Part shown: in pieces, positions 12,772-25,479 of the stretch
How positions within the stretch are numbered: position 1 is the stretch's first letter
Layout: each line of letters begins with the position of its first letter
Assembly (NCBI RefSeq): GCF_006345805.1
Contig: NW_021832224.1
Coordinates: 420,970-484,969, forward strand
DNA length: 64,000 bases
Reading direction: 5' to 3'
Origin: Octopus sinensis
Taxonomy: Eukaryota
Program-made: the position numbers and the translations under genes
Notes under the pieces: generated by a model
The model's input: only the letters and a program-made list of their open reading frames with translations
Database searches by the model: none
What the model was told of the DNA's origin: nothing

Positions 12772-13872
12772 CAGCGGTTCTCAACCTTTTTTAGACTGGG
12801 GACCACTTTTGCACTATAAAATTTTGTGGGGACCACCTTAAATAAAATAAACATTTTTTGGTATTAGCGCACAATTTTTGGCCTCGCCAGGGCCAGGTTT
12901 AGACATGTTCGAATATTTATTATAAAAATAACATGAACATTATGAAAATAACAGAAAATTTAATAGTAATTTAGTGAGATTTCTGATCTTGTTTGCTCAG
13001 AATAATTTTACTTATATCAGGCTCTATGTTCGACAAAGCTACTCGCATATCATCTTGTACCCGTAGTCTATTTCTATATTTTGTTTTTAGAAAAGTCAGA
13101 CACGACATCGCCATTTCACAGTGATAAGTAGTGGGGAATGCAAGTATTGATTCCAATGCAGTTTTACTCAAAATGGGGAATTCTTTTGCCATCTGACACC
13201 TAACAATAAAAAGTAATTATTAATGAGAATACCAAAAATCTAATAATGAAGTACATTTGAAAATAATCTGAGCAGACTGATTACATTGAAGTTCAATCAA
13301 GCTCTGCTGAAAATTGAGTTCCTGATATTCTTTAAATGAGGTCAAGAAAGGTTGAACGATCCAGTTTGGAATTGGGTCTTCAACAGGAATTTTCTGGTGT
13401 ACAGACTCTTTGTGGCGCCTAAGTTGAGAAGGTTTCAGTGAATTGTTTCCCAAAATTTTATGGCAAATCATGCATTTTGCCTTTATTTCATTATTTGGGG
13501 CAATGAATTTAGTGAATCCAAATTGTACGTAAGAATCCGACCAAAGACGACGATTCTTGTTAACCATAACTAGAATGATAAACCACGCTAATCAAATCAG
13601 ATTAATTTCAATGTTTTTGATTTATACTTAATTGTACAATTAGTTTTAATTTAATATATTGTTATTTTGCGAAAATTCCTGGGGACCACTAAAAATTTTC
13701 TGGGGACCACGATTGAAAACCGCTTGATAAATTTCAATGTTTTTGATTTATACTTAATTGTACAATTAGTTTTAACTTTAATATATTTTTATTTTTCGAA
13801 AATTCCTGGGGACCACTAAAAATTTTCTGGGGACCACTAGTGGTCCCCGGGGACCACGGTTGAGAACCGCTG
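12772..13872 (-). mobile_element. Internally deleted Buster/Charlie-type hAT (non-autonomous)
   Basis: TIR cagcggttctcaacc at both ends; 8-bp TSD cattagag (12764-12771, 13873-13880). BED finger CMICHKIL...KPSQLRRH joined to C-terminal FPTTYHCE. Internal ~120-bp tandem duplication at ~13600-13840. Confidence 0.95.
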
Positions 13873-14119
13873 CATTAGAGTATATCTCATTCAGCAAACA
13901 AACTCGGTTCTTTTGTTTTCTTGATTTCGTTTGGTTCTTTTTTTTCTTTCTCTTACTCTTTTAATTTATTAACGCGTTTTTATGTGAAAAATAAACAATT
14001 CTGTTATACTTTTTTAGTACTTTCAATTCTTGAGTATTTGCTAATTTCATAAACATTTAAAAATTGTTGATGTTATGACCAAAAATAAATCCTCAGTAAG
14101 AACTGTCCCCGTTCGTAAT

Positions 14120-15230
14120 TTCATCGTTTATAAAAGATGGTAATTCCCCACATCATTTTCAACTTAAGTCTGGTCATACAAACCATTAATGGCATTTGCA
14201 TCAGTAAACAATCCTAATCAATCACCACTTTGCTGCTGAAAGTGGTTAAGCTTTTCAGACGTTATTTGAAAATTTTTCAATTTCAAATAAACAGTTTCCA
14301 TCTTGATTTGACTTCACACATCTATATCCAGTAAGCTTCGCATTAAGTCTCCAACGCGAATTGGAATTTCATTTTCTTCCATAAAATTTTTGATAATCAA
14401 ATAGTTTTCAGCCTTTTGGAGTATAAAAGTCCAACGGTTATCCATCTATTATAAGTTTTTAAACCAATGGACGCTAATTCACATACATTTTGTTCAATTA
14501 TTCTTGGATTCCGAATATGAATAGACTTTTTGTAAAATATTGATGTTTTTGTGCCAACTAAGACAAGATAGCATCAGGATATCAAGGAATATTAATTGAG
14601 CTGTATCCGGGAATAGTGATACTTCCAGACTTCGTCATTTTCTTCTCGTTAATAAACCGTGCTGATAAGAGATGTCAGCTCTGCTGCCTGCTTTTGAAGA
14701 AGGTGACTAACCAGGATAACCCTGATTACATTTGATTTATTTAATGCTGCTTCCCTCTTTTAGGAAAGCCACCAAACCAAGTAAAAGTTCTGGTCACACT
14801 TTTAATAGACCTTTTGAACTGATTAAATCAGCTTGAAATCGATTTGTCATTGACTTAGCTTTTGAAGTTGACAAAGCCTGCGCAGCTGAGTAAGAGATAT
14901 ATAGTCATTTTTTCTGTCTGTATTCTAACTTCAGCTGTTTTCCTCACTTTTGGAACGTTCCATTCTGTCTATGGCTTCAGTGCTGCATTTTTATATCCGT
15001 TTGGTTGATTTGCTATTTTCGGAAGCTCCCTTTAACAGTTTCTGCACTAATATTTTCTCATTTTTTTAGCTTTAAAGCTTCTTTAGTTTTTTCATAGACC
15101 TGACAATTTGCCAAGTAGCTCGAAAAACCGAAGTTGACACATTCTTTCATTTTAGAGTCTTTGCAATCTGCTCCAGCATGTGTGGCCGAACAAAATACAG
15201 TCAAACCTGTATTGCCTGTTACAGTTTTTT
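14120..15230 (-). mobile_element. Heavily degraded I/Jockey-like LINE (gag knuckle + APE remnants)
   Basis: FCSATHAGADC Cys/His knuckle near 15190; IRVGDL(N)AK...NQDG APE motif near 14350; many stops. Confidence 0.5.
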
Positions 15231-15955
15231 AAAAATTTGAAAATTTTTAAAGAAACCTCTATTCCTCGCCAAATTCTAAATCTTGTCGCTATTTTTCATT
15301 ATTAAAAAATTTTGTTTTGTTACAACTTGCCCAAGTGTATTAAACTCACGTTTAATAAAAAAGACGCATAATAGTCTACATCGATGACAAAAACATATTA
15401 CAATGGAGCATATAGCCGCTGTTTTTTCTTCAATTTTGAGAAAAAAATTTCATGAAGATCGACCAATGATCTCAGGCTTGAGAAAAAAATACTTAATAGT
15501 AATTCTCTTTTCTCAGGCAAAAAACGTTTATTCAATCTAACATATTCAACTATTGACAAAAAAGTTGGACATGTATAAAACTCATTTTGTCGATTCACAT
15601 AAAAAACTGAATTTAAATGAGGTATTTTGGATGGTAAAGCGTTACTCAACAAAGCATTCTAAATGCATTACATATGAAAATCAAGCGCAAGAAACAGATA
15701 TAAGGATTGAGAATTACGATAAAATAATAATGACGTTTAATAAAATTGTATATCTGATAGAACAACCATACTTAATTGATTATAGTTTCACTATAATGGA
15801 TGACAAGCGATTGAGCTTCTCCGGTATCAGAAGTTAGCATTTTAACGATAGACAGTCTCACTCCCCTTTTCTCAAAACGCTCGAGATGGAAAATGAGAAA
15901 TATTATTCTAAGTTATCTGGAGGACTATAAAAAAGAGGTTTCTTCTCTCATACAC

Positions 15956-17279
15956 CAGTGATTCTCAAGTGCGGCCCCTAGAATTTAATTGAGGGCCTTA
16001 TGTTTTTTTAAATATTTAATTTTTTAATTTAATATTTTTAAATTTTATGAATGAAAATTGTCACGTTTTTTTATTTGTTGTTGTGATGTCGGATTCTAAA
16101 CGTTGTCGAAAAATTTCCGAGGAAAATAGGATTTTTCAACATATCTGGGAAGAAAAATATTTCATTATTGAGGTCAATGGAAAGGCTCTTTGCCTAATAT
16201 GAAGTTCTATTATTGTAACTCTAAAAACGTATACAATCGAACGGCTTATGAAAAATTCACTTGTGTTTCTCGGACGAAAAAACTAATACAAATGAAAGAA
16301 GATTATTTAAAGCGATCATTCACTTTCAAAAGTGGCACATATTCGTCTAATATTAACCTGGCATCATACAAAATTAGTTACCTATTGGCTAAAAATATGA
16401 AGCCTTATTCTGATGGCGAATTATATAAAACGGCAATCGAAATATTTGCATCGGAATGTTGTTCGCCCGCTGTTTTTGATATTGCACACAAGTTACCTCT
16501 AAGTAACGATACTGTTACTAGAAGAGTCAGTGATATATCAGATAATCTGATTAACGAACTTTCACAGTATGCAAATTGTTTCGTAATTTTAGAATTTGTA
16601 AAGATTTTCAATATTATTCTTTTGCGCTTGATTGTTCCAAAGATATTTCAGATATCGAACAATTAGTAGTGTTTGTAAGGGGAGTAACATCTGACTTTTG
16701 AATATATGAAGAATTTTTTTCATTGTATTCACTTCACGGAGAAACTAAAGGAACACAGATTTTTTCTCTAATTGTGAAATTAATTGAAGATTATCAACTG
16801 GATCCAAGGAAATTAGTCTCAATTTCAACTGATGGAGCCCCTTATATGATTGGCAGTAAAACTGGTTTTCGTGGACTTATGGAGGTGTGATAATAACTGG
16901 ACTCCAATATTATGGCATCATTGCATTATTCATCAGGAAAACCTAATTTCCAAAAATATTAAAATGGAAAATGTTTCTGAAGTAGTGATAAAAATTGTCT
17001 TGACTTTTATTCGAAAATTCCAGAGAACTGATTACCGAATCTAGTCAATAATGCAAAGAAAAATTTAGCGATATTTGGATCAACATATGTTTGCGAATCA
17101 ACATTTAGTAAACTTGTCCGAATTAAAATAAAGTTTCGCAGCAGATTGACTGATACTCATCTATGTGATTTGTTACGTATTTCAACTAGTAGAATTAAAC
17201 TTAACTTTGGTTATTTAGTTAATAAATAATTGTTAAAAATTATTTGCGGCCCCTGAGTAAAGAAGCTTGAGAATCACTG
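15956..17279 (+). mobile_element. Degraded Buster-type hAT (GTF2IRD2-like)
   Basis: 14-bp TIR cagtgattctcaag; 8-bp TSD tcatacac (15948-15955, 17280-17287). KPYSDGE, LSNDTVTRR, STDGAP, HCIIHQ, GSTYVCESTFS. Confidence 0.92.
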
Positions 17280-17419
17280 TCATACACAAATCGATTGATA
17301 AATGAAAAGTAATTTGAACTATTTCGTGAAAAAAGCAATTTTGAGTTTTGATCCTACATTTTTTTCAATTATAAAAATGTTTGAAGGTTCCATGCATTCA
17401 ATATGCACCAGGATTGACA

Positions 17420-17620
17420 AGTGAAGCCCTCATCAGTGCTATCACTGCGGAACCGGATGTCTTCATCGGCAACACAACAAAAAAAGAAGAGACAAGATAG
17501 AGCAGAAGAGACACATGAATTCGTTTCGATTAGTTAGTTCCTTGGTAACATGTTCTCTTTCTGTCTTGATCCTACTATAAAAAAAGTGTGGCCGGCCTAA
17601 ACGAGATAGGCGACATGTCG
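17420..17620 (+). repeat. ~200-bp dispersed repeat; second, inverted, diverged copy at ~37205-37395
   Basis: Shared blocks atcactgcggaaccggat, gtcttgatc and aaaaaagtgtggccggcct appear as reverse complements at 37.2-37.4 kb. Confidence 0.7.
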
Positions 17621-17625
17621 TTTAC

Positions 17626-18200
17626 ATGTCGTTTACATTTTGCGGCAGGGTTATTTACGATTTTTCGAAATCCTGGATGACAATTGAAATTTTTAACAAC
17701 TGGCTTTTAGAATCGGATTTCAAAATAGAAAAAAATTCGAAAAAAATTATTGATAATTGTCCTGCTTTTAAAATAGATGTTCAATTAAAGACCATCGAAG
17801 TTATTTTTTACCTGGTAATGCAACAACTGCACTTCAACAATTGGACTTTGAAAGCACTGTTCTTGTCTAAAAAGTTATCTGACATTCTATAAAAAGTAGA
17901 AAGTAAACATGCAAACTGGTGCATGTTGGAAACAAATCAAACTTTAACGTTGACTGAGAATTGACAAATTTAAAATTTCTTTTATTTCCATAGTTAATTT
18001 ACTTGATCTTATGGAAAAAGACGAGTTTCTTCAAATATAATTCAAGTAAAAAAGATAATTTTGCTGAAGATAATAATACAAAAGACGAAGGTGTAAATTT
18101 GACACAAGATGACGATGTTGATAAGCGAAAAATTGTTACCAAAAAAATGTTATCAAGCTTTACAAAATACCATTATTATTTAACAGCAACTAAATTCAAA
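17626..18200 (+). mobile_element. Tigger/pogo transposase remnant
   Basis: SWMTIEIFNNWL...IIDNCPAF (DDE_1-type motifs). Confidence 0.7.
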
Positions 18201-18479
18201 ATGAGAAATTAACTAATTCATTGATTCTGGTCTCCTGAAATTTTTCTCTTCTCGGGAAAACTGTCCAACAACGTACTATCACTTTCCGAGCAATACTAAT
18301 TTGTCCATTTGTTTCATCCGAGGGGCCTTTGCAAAATTGGTTTGTCATTTCAAACACCTAGCTGGTTGAAGTTAAGTATATTAATTTGAAAAATAAAATT
18401 TCAAGTTTTTTCTTGATTTTATTATAAGTCCGCCAGGGTAACCCGCAGCGTTCGCCTAATGTCAAATGCCAAAATGATT

Positions 18480-18960
18480 TTACCGAATTTCCGAGCAGAA
18501 TCAAAGAAGGGACGAGGTACAGGGCACCAAATGTTTGATGGATTATGAAGAAAGCCTAAGAATCCCAAAAAAGTGTATACATATGCTTCATTGACTATCG
18601 GAAAGCTTTGATTCCGTTATAAACGACAAGCTGTGGTTTGCTTCGAAAGAATTTGGATTCGATGCCTATTTGATAGTGCTTATCAAATCTCTTTATAAGA
18701 ACCAAGAAGCTACTGTTAGAACAGTGTACGAAAACAACGACCCGTTCAAAATATGTAAAGGGGAAAGAAACGGTTGCTTATTATCTCCTGTCTTAGTCAA
18801 CATTGATGCTGAAATGATCATGATTAAATTGGATACTGTATCAAATGTCGGGATGAAAATTGAAGGCATGAACATCAATAATTTTCACTATGCTGTTGAT
18901 TCAACGCATACTGGCCGAAACAAAGGACCACCTCAGAGAGTTGATTCTGAAATTCAGAAA
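18480..18960 (+). mobile_element. RTE-like reverse transcriptase fragment
   Basis: FR..RGT, DYRKAFDSV, GERNGCLLSP, NFHYAVDS (decayed YADD). Confidence 0.7.
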
Positions 18961-19107
18961 AGAGAGTGCCGTTTTGAAGTTCTTACCACTATCTATTTAA
19001 TTTCACTTGGAATTTTTTAAAATATAAATTAATTATTTTAATTTTATTATTAAAATCTCAAATACTATTTTTTAATTTTAATAACGTGACTTTAATTTTG
19101 TTTTGTG

Positions 19108-21516
19108 ATGTCTTTTTCCATGTATTCAACATTATATAAATTGCAGCAAAAAACGTGCAAATTTTTCAAAAGAAGAACCTAAAGAAAACATTGACGAAGA
19201 TGAATTATCTTCTATGGACACTTGCATAGAAATTGTCACTAAATTAAAGGAGAAAATTGTCATCGATAAAAAAATAAGTAAAGTCAAACAAGCAGAATTA
19301 GTTTATAATCAAATTGTCGATTTATTTGAGAAAGGTTGAGAAACTAAAATTTTAACTGCAGATCAAAATTCGAAAAAAGATTCTCGTTTGAATTGGATGA
19401 GAAAAATTATTAAAGACGGTGCTTTTAAGGATAAAATTTCCGCCCACGTTATTTTGACTAAAGAATTGCCGCTTTTTCATCTGAAATCAATAAATGTGCT
19501 TTTTGAGTTTTCAAGTCGTCATTCTCGAAGAGAATCTGTGCATGCCTTGGAAGGTTTGGTTGAACTTTTTTCGAAATATTTACTTCCGAGAAAGAAATTA
19601 ATCAGCATTGATCAAGTAACAGCATTTAAAAATAAATTTAATTAGGCTGTTAAATCATTTAAACATGAACTATCTGTAATTGATTTGACGTGCCTATGGT
19701 TTGAGGACCGCCTCATATTGTATCTGGCGAAATTATGTGACCTTCTCAAGACTAGTATGGAAGACAGTATACCCTCAATCAGGAAAAAATCCATTCAATT
19801 TACATTTCGTTTGGCCATTTGTCGCTCATTACAAAATCATGTTTTTATTTTCTTTAATTTTGCAAGAAACCCATCGAGTTGTTGGTTAATAAATTGGGGG
19901 ATCAGAATAAGGATTTGGCATCGACTGCTCTCTTTTATATTCAATCATTGGTTCGGAGAATGCCTCATTGTAATCAAGTCATTGGAAAGCAGTTAGAAAT
20001 GGTGTTGTTCCGCCCAAATGTTTCGAGTCGAACTCAGTAAATATTTTATTGAATTTATTAGATTTTATGCTATTTGTTGCTTGTCACAGTTTATCTTTAC
20101 GTCTGACGATGCAGGATCTAGTCTGGCAGGGTTGTTGATTGGAATATACCTTTCTTACTTCAAAACTCTCATTCCAAATGACACTGTGCATTCAAAGACA
20201 ATGTCTGTACTCCTTGATGCAATATATCGAGCTATTCCTTATGCAGAGAGTAAGTTTATATTTGTTTATTATTGAGAACATTATTCACTGTTTGATGAAA
20301 ATATTGACACTCTCTACTTGCTTTCTCACTCTCTTTCTTTCTCTGCTTCTATAAGAGTTCTTCAAATTCTTCATGTCATATCTACAATATCGATTGAGTG
20401 AACATTTGTGGTTTTATAATTTAGAGCTGTGACTGATCGCTTTTTTTCTGCGCTTTACACTCGTCTTGCTGATGTGCGTCTATTTGACTGTTCAAAGCCT
20501 GCAATGTTTCTTACTTTGCTATATAAGGCGTTGGCTGGTGACAAGGATATGAATAGGATTTTGGTTATTTTATTAATTTTAACAATATTTAGGCATTTAT
20601 TAAACGTTTGCTTCAAGTTTGTCTTCAACATCACAATCCTGCCTTTGTGGCGGCATCTTTGATCATGATTTCTGAAATAACATCAAAGATACACGTGATT
20701 CTTTTCGAAACTACTGGCACTTCAGAGAATGAGGACCGTTTCAATCCCACAGAACGAAATCCACGTTTTTGTGGCCTTGATGCTTCTTTGGGCTTTCTCT
20801 GTGTTTGTAGAAATGAGTTGGAACTACTTTCTTCGCACGTTCACCCCACAATTTCATATTTTGCGACAACATTGACCGAAGTATTCCTTTTTCTATATTT
20901 AATAGCGGAAATCTATTTCCTATCAAGGACATCCATTACAAGATTTCAGTTCAATTAGATTTCTTGACCGTTTTGTTTTCAAAAAGCCTCGTCCAATGAG
21001 TTTTTTGTCAAATATTTTTGTAGAAGAGGAAGGTCGCGTTATAATGTCACAGAAGAAAATTCGTCATTGTGTAGGCATCCGTGCCTTACCTGTGAACAGT
21101 GTTCAGTTTATAAATAGTCATCAATCATCGATTCCTTTGGATGAACGATATTTACACCAGTGAAACAAAAATGATTATTTTTATAGTTTTTTTCGCATGA
21201 TTGGAGTAGACTCGTCGGGAGGGTGTTCTTATTGTGTTAAAACGGATATTAAAACCGAAGCTGTGGAAGATAGTGATTTTGATATGCTCGTTGGAGAGCA
21301 GAAGGTCGAGGCGGATTCTTCCGATTTTTCATTGAGCGACGATTGCAGTGATTCATTAGAAAGTGATTTCCAGGACATGACCAAAACCGCTGAGGAAGTT
21401 TGCGATTTTTATTAATGTTTTAGTTTGACGAGATGTTAAACGCAGTGCCCAAAAAGGACAAGATTTTGAAAAAAGATTACCGTAAACGCAAAGTGAAAGG
21501 CAGGGTGGGAAAATGA
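19108..21516 (+). CDS. CEBPZ: CCAAT/enhancer-binding protein zeta / Noc1-Mak21 ribosome biogenesis factor, about 10 tiny introns
   Basis: WMRKIIKDGAFKDKISA, LLVNKLGD, FYAICCLSQ, TDRFFSALY, AFIKRLLQV, PLQDFSSIRFLDRFVFKKP. Spliced with 25-30 nt GT-AG introns. Confidence 0.92.
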
Positions 21517-21993
21517 TGTAAAAATTTTTTGATTACATTTTCTATACATTTAAATAAACCATATGTTTATTTTTGTTTTAGACAATTACAATGTTTGTGT
21601 AATTGTGGATTTGTCAATTTTAATGATGTAGCCATTTTTAGTTTTTGTTGAATTCAAATTTGAAAAATTTATTTACTAAGACAAAATCATTAATATCTGG
21701 CAACTGCTGATGAAATTGATTATTTGTGGATTACTTGCTTGGGAATTGCCATTCCATCTTATCCTCTGCTGCAATTAAATATTTATTAAAACTTTTTGAT
21801 TTAAAACCAAATCCTGTAAAATTAATTTTTGATTAATAGTAATTATAATTTATGAATAATTTTTATTAAAACGTTTTAAAAAATAATAAAAGAAATTTCA
21901 TAACAAGCAAACGTAGGTATATGCGTGTTTGCATGCTTTAATCGATCCTTTGATAATTATTTACTTTAAAACTTGAAATCATCTTATAGTTGT

Positions 21994-22661
21994 ATGATAC
22001 TCAATCATTTACATTCTCTGAATTCAGGAAGGTCCACCGATGATGTCAATAAAAATGATGAAATCATTCAATATATAAACTTTCAGTCTCGTCGTGCTAT
22101 TCACAATGCCCTTGAGAGAAAGCGCAGAAAAAATATAAAAAATTGTTTTCAAGACTTGAAAGATATCATTCCCTCATCCAGAGAACGAGTAAAATTCTTA
22201 ATCCGACTCAATCTAAGATTCCACGTGCCAAAATCCTTCAAAAAGCACGTGACTACATTTATTTTTTGAATGGAATGGTACTCAAGTTTGATTGCAAAAT
22301 AGCAACCTTCAGAGAAAAACTTAAAGCTGAAAATTCTCTAAGTTGATTATTTTACTAAATTTCAGCCGAAATGCTAAAATCAGGAACTGTCGAGATAAAT
22401 GCGGAACTCAAAGATGCTCGTTTGGAGGGAATCCGGAAAGTTTTTTGTCGTCAAAAAGTAGTTCCTGACCCTTCGTTGATTTGTAATGCCCCTACGTCTA
22501 ATCCTGTCAATTCCGGGTCTTCTAATTCTTCGTCGAATTTTGTGTACTCTGGCAGTGATACGGAAGATTATTTGGTGGAGCATGACAGCAGTCGTGTTGA
22601 TGAATTTGTGTTTGTTGACAAGAAACGTGGCCACAACCCGAAACACCAGAAACATCTTTAA
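21994..22661 (+). CDS. MAX: Max-like bHLH-Zip transcription factor (start uncertain)
   Basis: RAIHNALERKRR..IK..F..LKD.IP then, after an intron, IPRAKILQKARDYI. A second intron joins the ORF at 22371-22661. Confidence 0.75.
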
Positions 22662-24584
22662 CATATACGTCATCTAATCCAAATAATGCCAAGTTAATTA
22701 TTTTTCTGGATTTAAATGCTTTTTTGCTTATTTTCTTTCACGGTTTTGTTTAGATTTTGTGACTGAATCGATAGATTATTTTAGGCATGATTGCCATCAA
22801 TCAAATTTGATGTTTGTTAAATGGCACGTGACAAACAATGTTTAGTTTAATCAAAGATCAGGTTGGTTATTCGGCTTCTGTTTTAAGATATTTTAGTATA
22901 ACGGTCGTGTATTTTCTGGCTATCAAAAAAACTCAAAACGCATCAATACGTAAAAATTTAGTTTATCTAAAATTTCAGTTTATTCTCAAAAATCTGATTT
23001 ATGCCAAAAAGGTGAGTAATCTACAAAAATAATGTCATTAATTCAATATCTATTTTATGTTTTTGTGGTTTCACACGCACAGTGAGCTCTCTCTCGTTAA
23101 TGAATTTCGTTTATTAATTACGAATAACCGCATTTGTGCTAATTATTTTGCTGTTCTTTTTTTAATTTGATTTAAGATAATAATGGATATAATTGATTTA
23201 TAATATGATTAATAATTATATTAGTGTCAAGTGGCTTTCCATTATGTTTTATGTGTGCGAAAACAATAAAAAGTGTGAGTTTCTTAATTTGTTCGAATAA
23301 AACTATTAAATGTGATAAACAAGAATTTTTTTTAAAACACGCAAATGCAAACAAGCAAGTTATAAATTACCTAATAGTCTCATGAGACGCTCGGCTAGCC
23401 TCGCGAATAGCAAAGCCAATAAAAATTTGTAAACAAAATTTTCACATCAACATTTTACTTTTCTGTAATAGATTACATTGTAGGTAACATTCCCATTTGT
23501 TTGTCAGTTATAAAGTAATTTTTTAACTTTTTTCTATTTAAGGGGTGTAATTTTTATTTTTTGCCTAAAATCTAAAGTGAAGATCAGATTCGTGATGGTT
23601 AACAAAAGATTGCAGTTAAAAAGCTAAGGAATGATTCAAACCGAAAGGAATAAATTAATACAGCAATCAATTTTAAATAGTTTAAGTTTTTATAAAAACA
23701 AAATATGAACTAAGTGGTTGTTGTTTCGGATCCTTTTTAAGCAAGACTCATTTATCAGCACCATCACTTTTTCATTATAAGGTGCCTAAAAACGTTTATT
23801 GTAATTCAAAATATAATCTTATTAAGTCATGAACACTAGACTCCGTTAAATTTGCAAATTTTAAAAAAATTTCCAATTTTAGTGAAAATTTGAAAATGAC
23901 AACAGTAAAACTATGTTTTACCATGCCCGGTTGTGATTGACTGAATGATATACAAGAAAACTATCAAAAAATGCAAATATTGCGTTATAAGGACGACAAC
24001 AACTTATTATCATGCCAAATAATTGTCAATAAATTTTCCTTCTTGTTTAAATTGAACATTTGCGGAAAAACAGCTAATTTTAGTGAGTGTTGAGTCAATT
24101 ATGGAACAATTCAAAACTAAAAATTTATCTACAAAAACAATCAAAAAGTTAAAGTTCCCGAAACTTGATAAAAACTTGTTGATCGGATATTTTCGACTTA
24201 ATCAAAATGTATAGTAAAACCTCTAAGACTTGCTATATTATGAAACCGACCCAATTTTTACGAGATATAGAATTCGACGAGCAATTGAGGTTTTGCATTT
24301 TTGGTTGTTTAACAAAAATTGAAAAGTATGTACGTATAATAAATCATCGCAAATTTCCCATTTTTGGTATATAAAAATTTTACGGCCAATTAAAAAAATC
24401 AATACATACAAAAATTAAAATTTTTATTTATTTATTAAAGACCAAACACGGGTAAGCCAGTTAATGATTATTATCCTCGTGATCCGCGATTCAAGCGAGG
24501 GAGATCCTTCTGAAAGGTTCGATCCTGCCCCATGAACGGCCTGAGACGATGATGTCACAAAAATAAAATAAACACGTTTAAAAT

Positions 24585-25121
24585 TTTTTTTTTTTTGAAA
24601 ATAATAACTGTAACGAAAACAGAGAGAAAAGAGAGTAACAAGAGGACTTCCCCGCCTCGTAGATGGAGAACAGTTTCCACGTACAATGGCAAGGGAAATC
24701 CTCTGAAGGAGCCATCCACACTCACGCGTGTCGTTTCTCTTGCGAGAAATCAGACGACCCAGCTTTTTGAGGAAAATGAGTGACCTGTCACCGATTACGC
24801 CAGAGGTCTCCACGGCGATCGGGGTAAATAGATAGGGTTCCGAGAGATTGGTGTACTTTGAAATCTTTAATTCTTCTGCTCTGCGAGAAGCAGAGCCAGC
24901 TGCGACAGCTGAAGGAGGAAGATTTAGTTCAGAAAAAGTATCTGAGCAAGTTGCATCCCATATCAGCGATTTTCCGAACTCGAATGGGAAGGTGGATAGA
25001 CCGTCAGGCCTCTTTCCGTCTCCCCTAGCAAGCCAACTGGTTCGAGAATTGATGGATTCCGGCAGCTTTGACCCCCTCAGGACGACGTCATTTAGGGCAG
25101 CGTGGCGTGGGGCACGCCAGC
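24585..25121 (-). mobile_element. 5'-truncated CRE-clade (RLE) retrocopy
   Basis: HAALNDVV, DGKRPDG, WDATCSDT, PIAVETSG, LQRISLAIVRGN. Poly(A) tail (T-run from 24585). 14-bp TSD aacacgtttaaaat (24571-24584, 25122-25135). Confidence 0.9.
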
Positions 25122-25244
25122 AACACGTTTAAAATATATTTGAATGCAATTTAATCCCACGTTCTTACTATTTGCTCGTTTTATATTGTAGATTTTAACT
25201 AAGAATTAATATTTGTATTCTCTTCATCCTTTTGACTATACCAG

Positions 25245-25445
25245 TTCAGTTCAATTTTGACATTTCTATATCGATTTTGACAATGCGGTGTTCAATTTTG
25301 ACACTCTTTTCATCAAATTTGACAATGGAACATTTAATTTTGATATTTTTATATCAATTTTGACAAAATTGGCCGTTTTTGCATCCTTCGTTGTCTCTCA
25401 ATCCTGCGAGCCAGCCCATTTCTAACCCATTTTTCGACCCAGGGT
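25245..25445. repeat. Array of (a)attttgac motifs next to a CAC-starting TIR-like end (DNA transposon subterminal region)
   Basis: About 6 copies of ttttgac/a spaced 20-22 bp apart. The reverse complement caccctgggtcgaaaaatg resembles caccctgggttaaaaaatg at ~61294. Confidence 0.5.
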
Positions 25446-25479
25446 GAGAACCGTTGTGATAAATGAAGAAATAACACTA

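Noticed and set aside
15398-15900. Short ORFs as a host gene
   Set aside because: No recognisable motif and no consistent intron chain could be built.
24440-24545. tRNA (including tRNA-Sec) gene
   Set aside because: Only a B-box-like ggttcgatcc is present. I could not fold an acceptor stem, D-arm or a valid anticodon loop.
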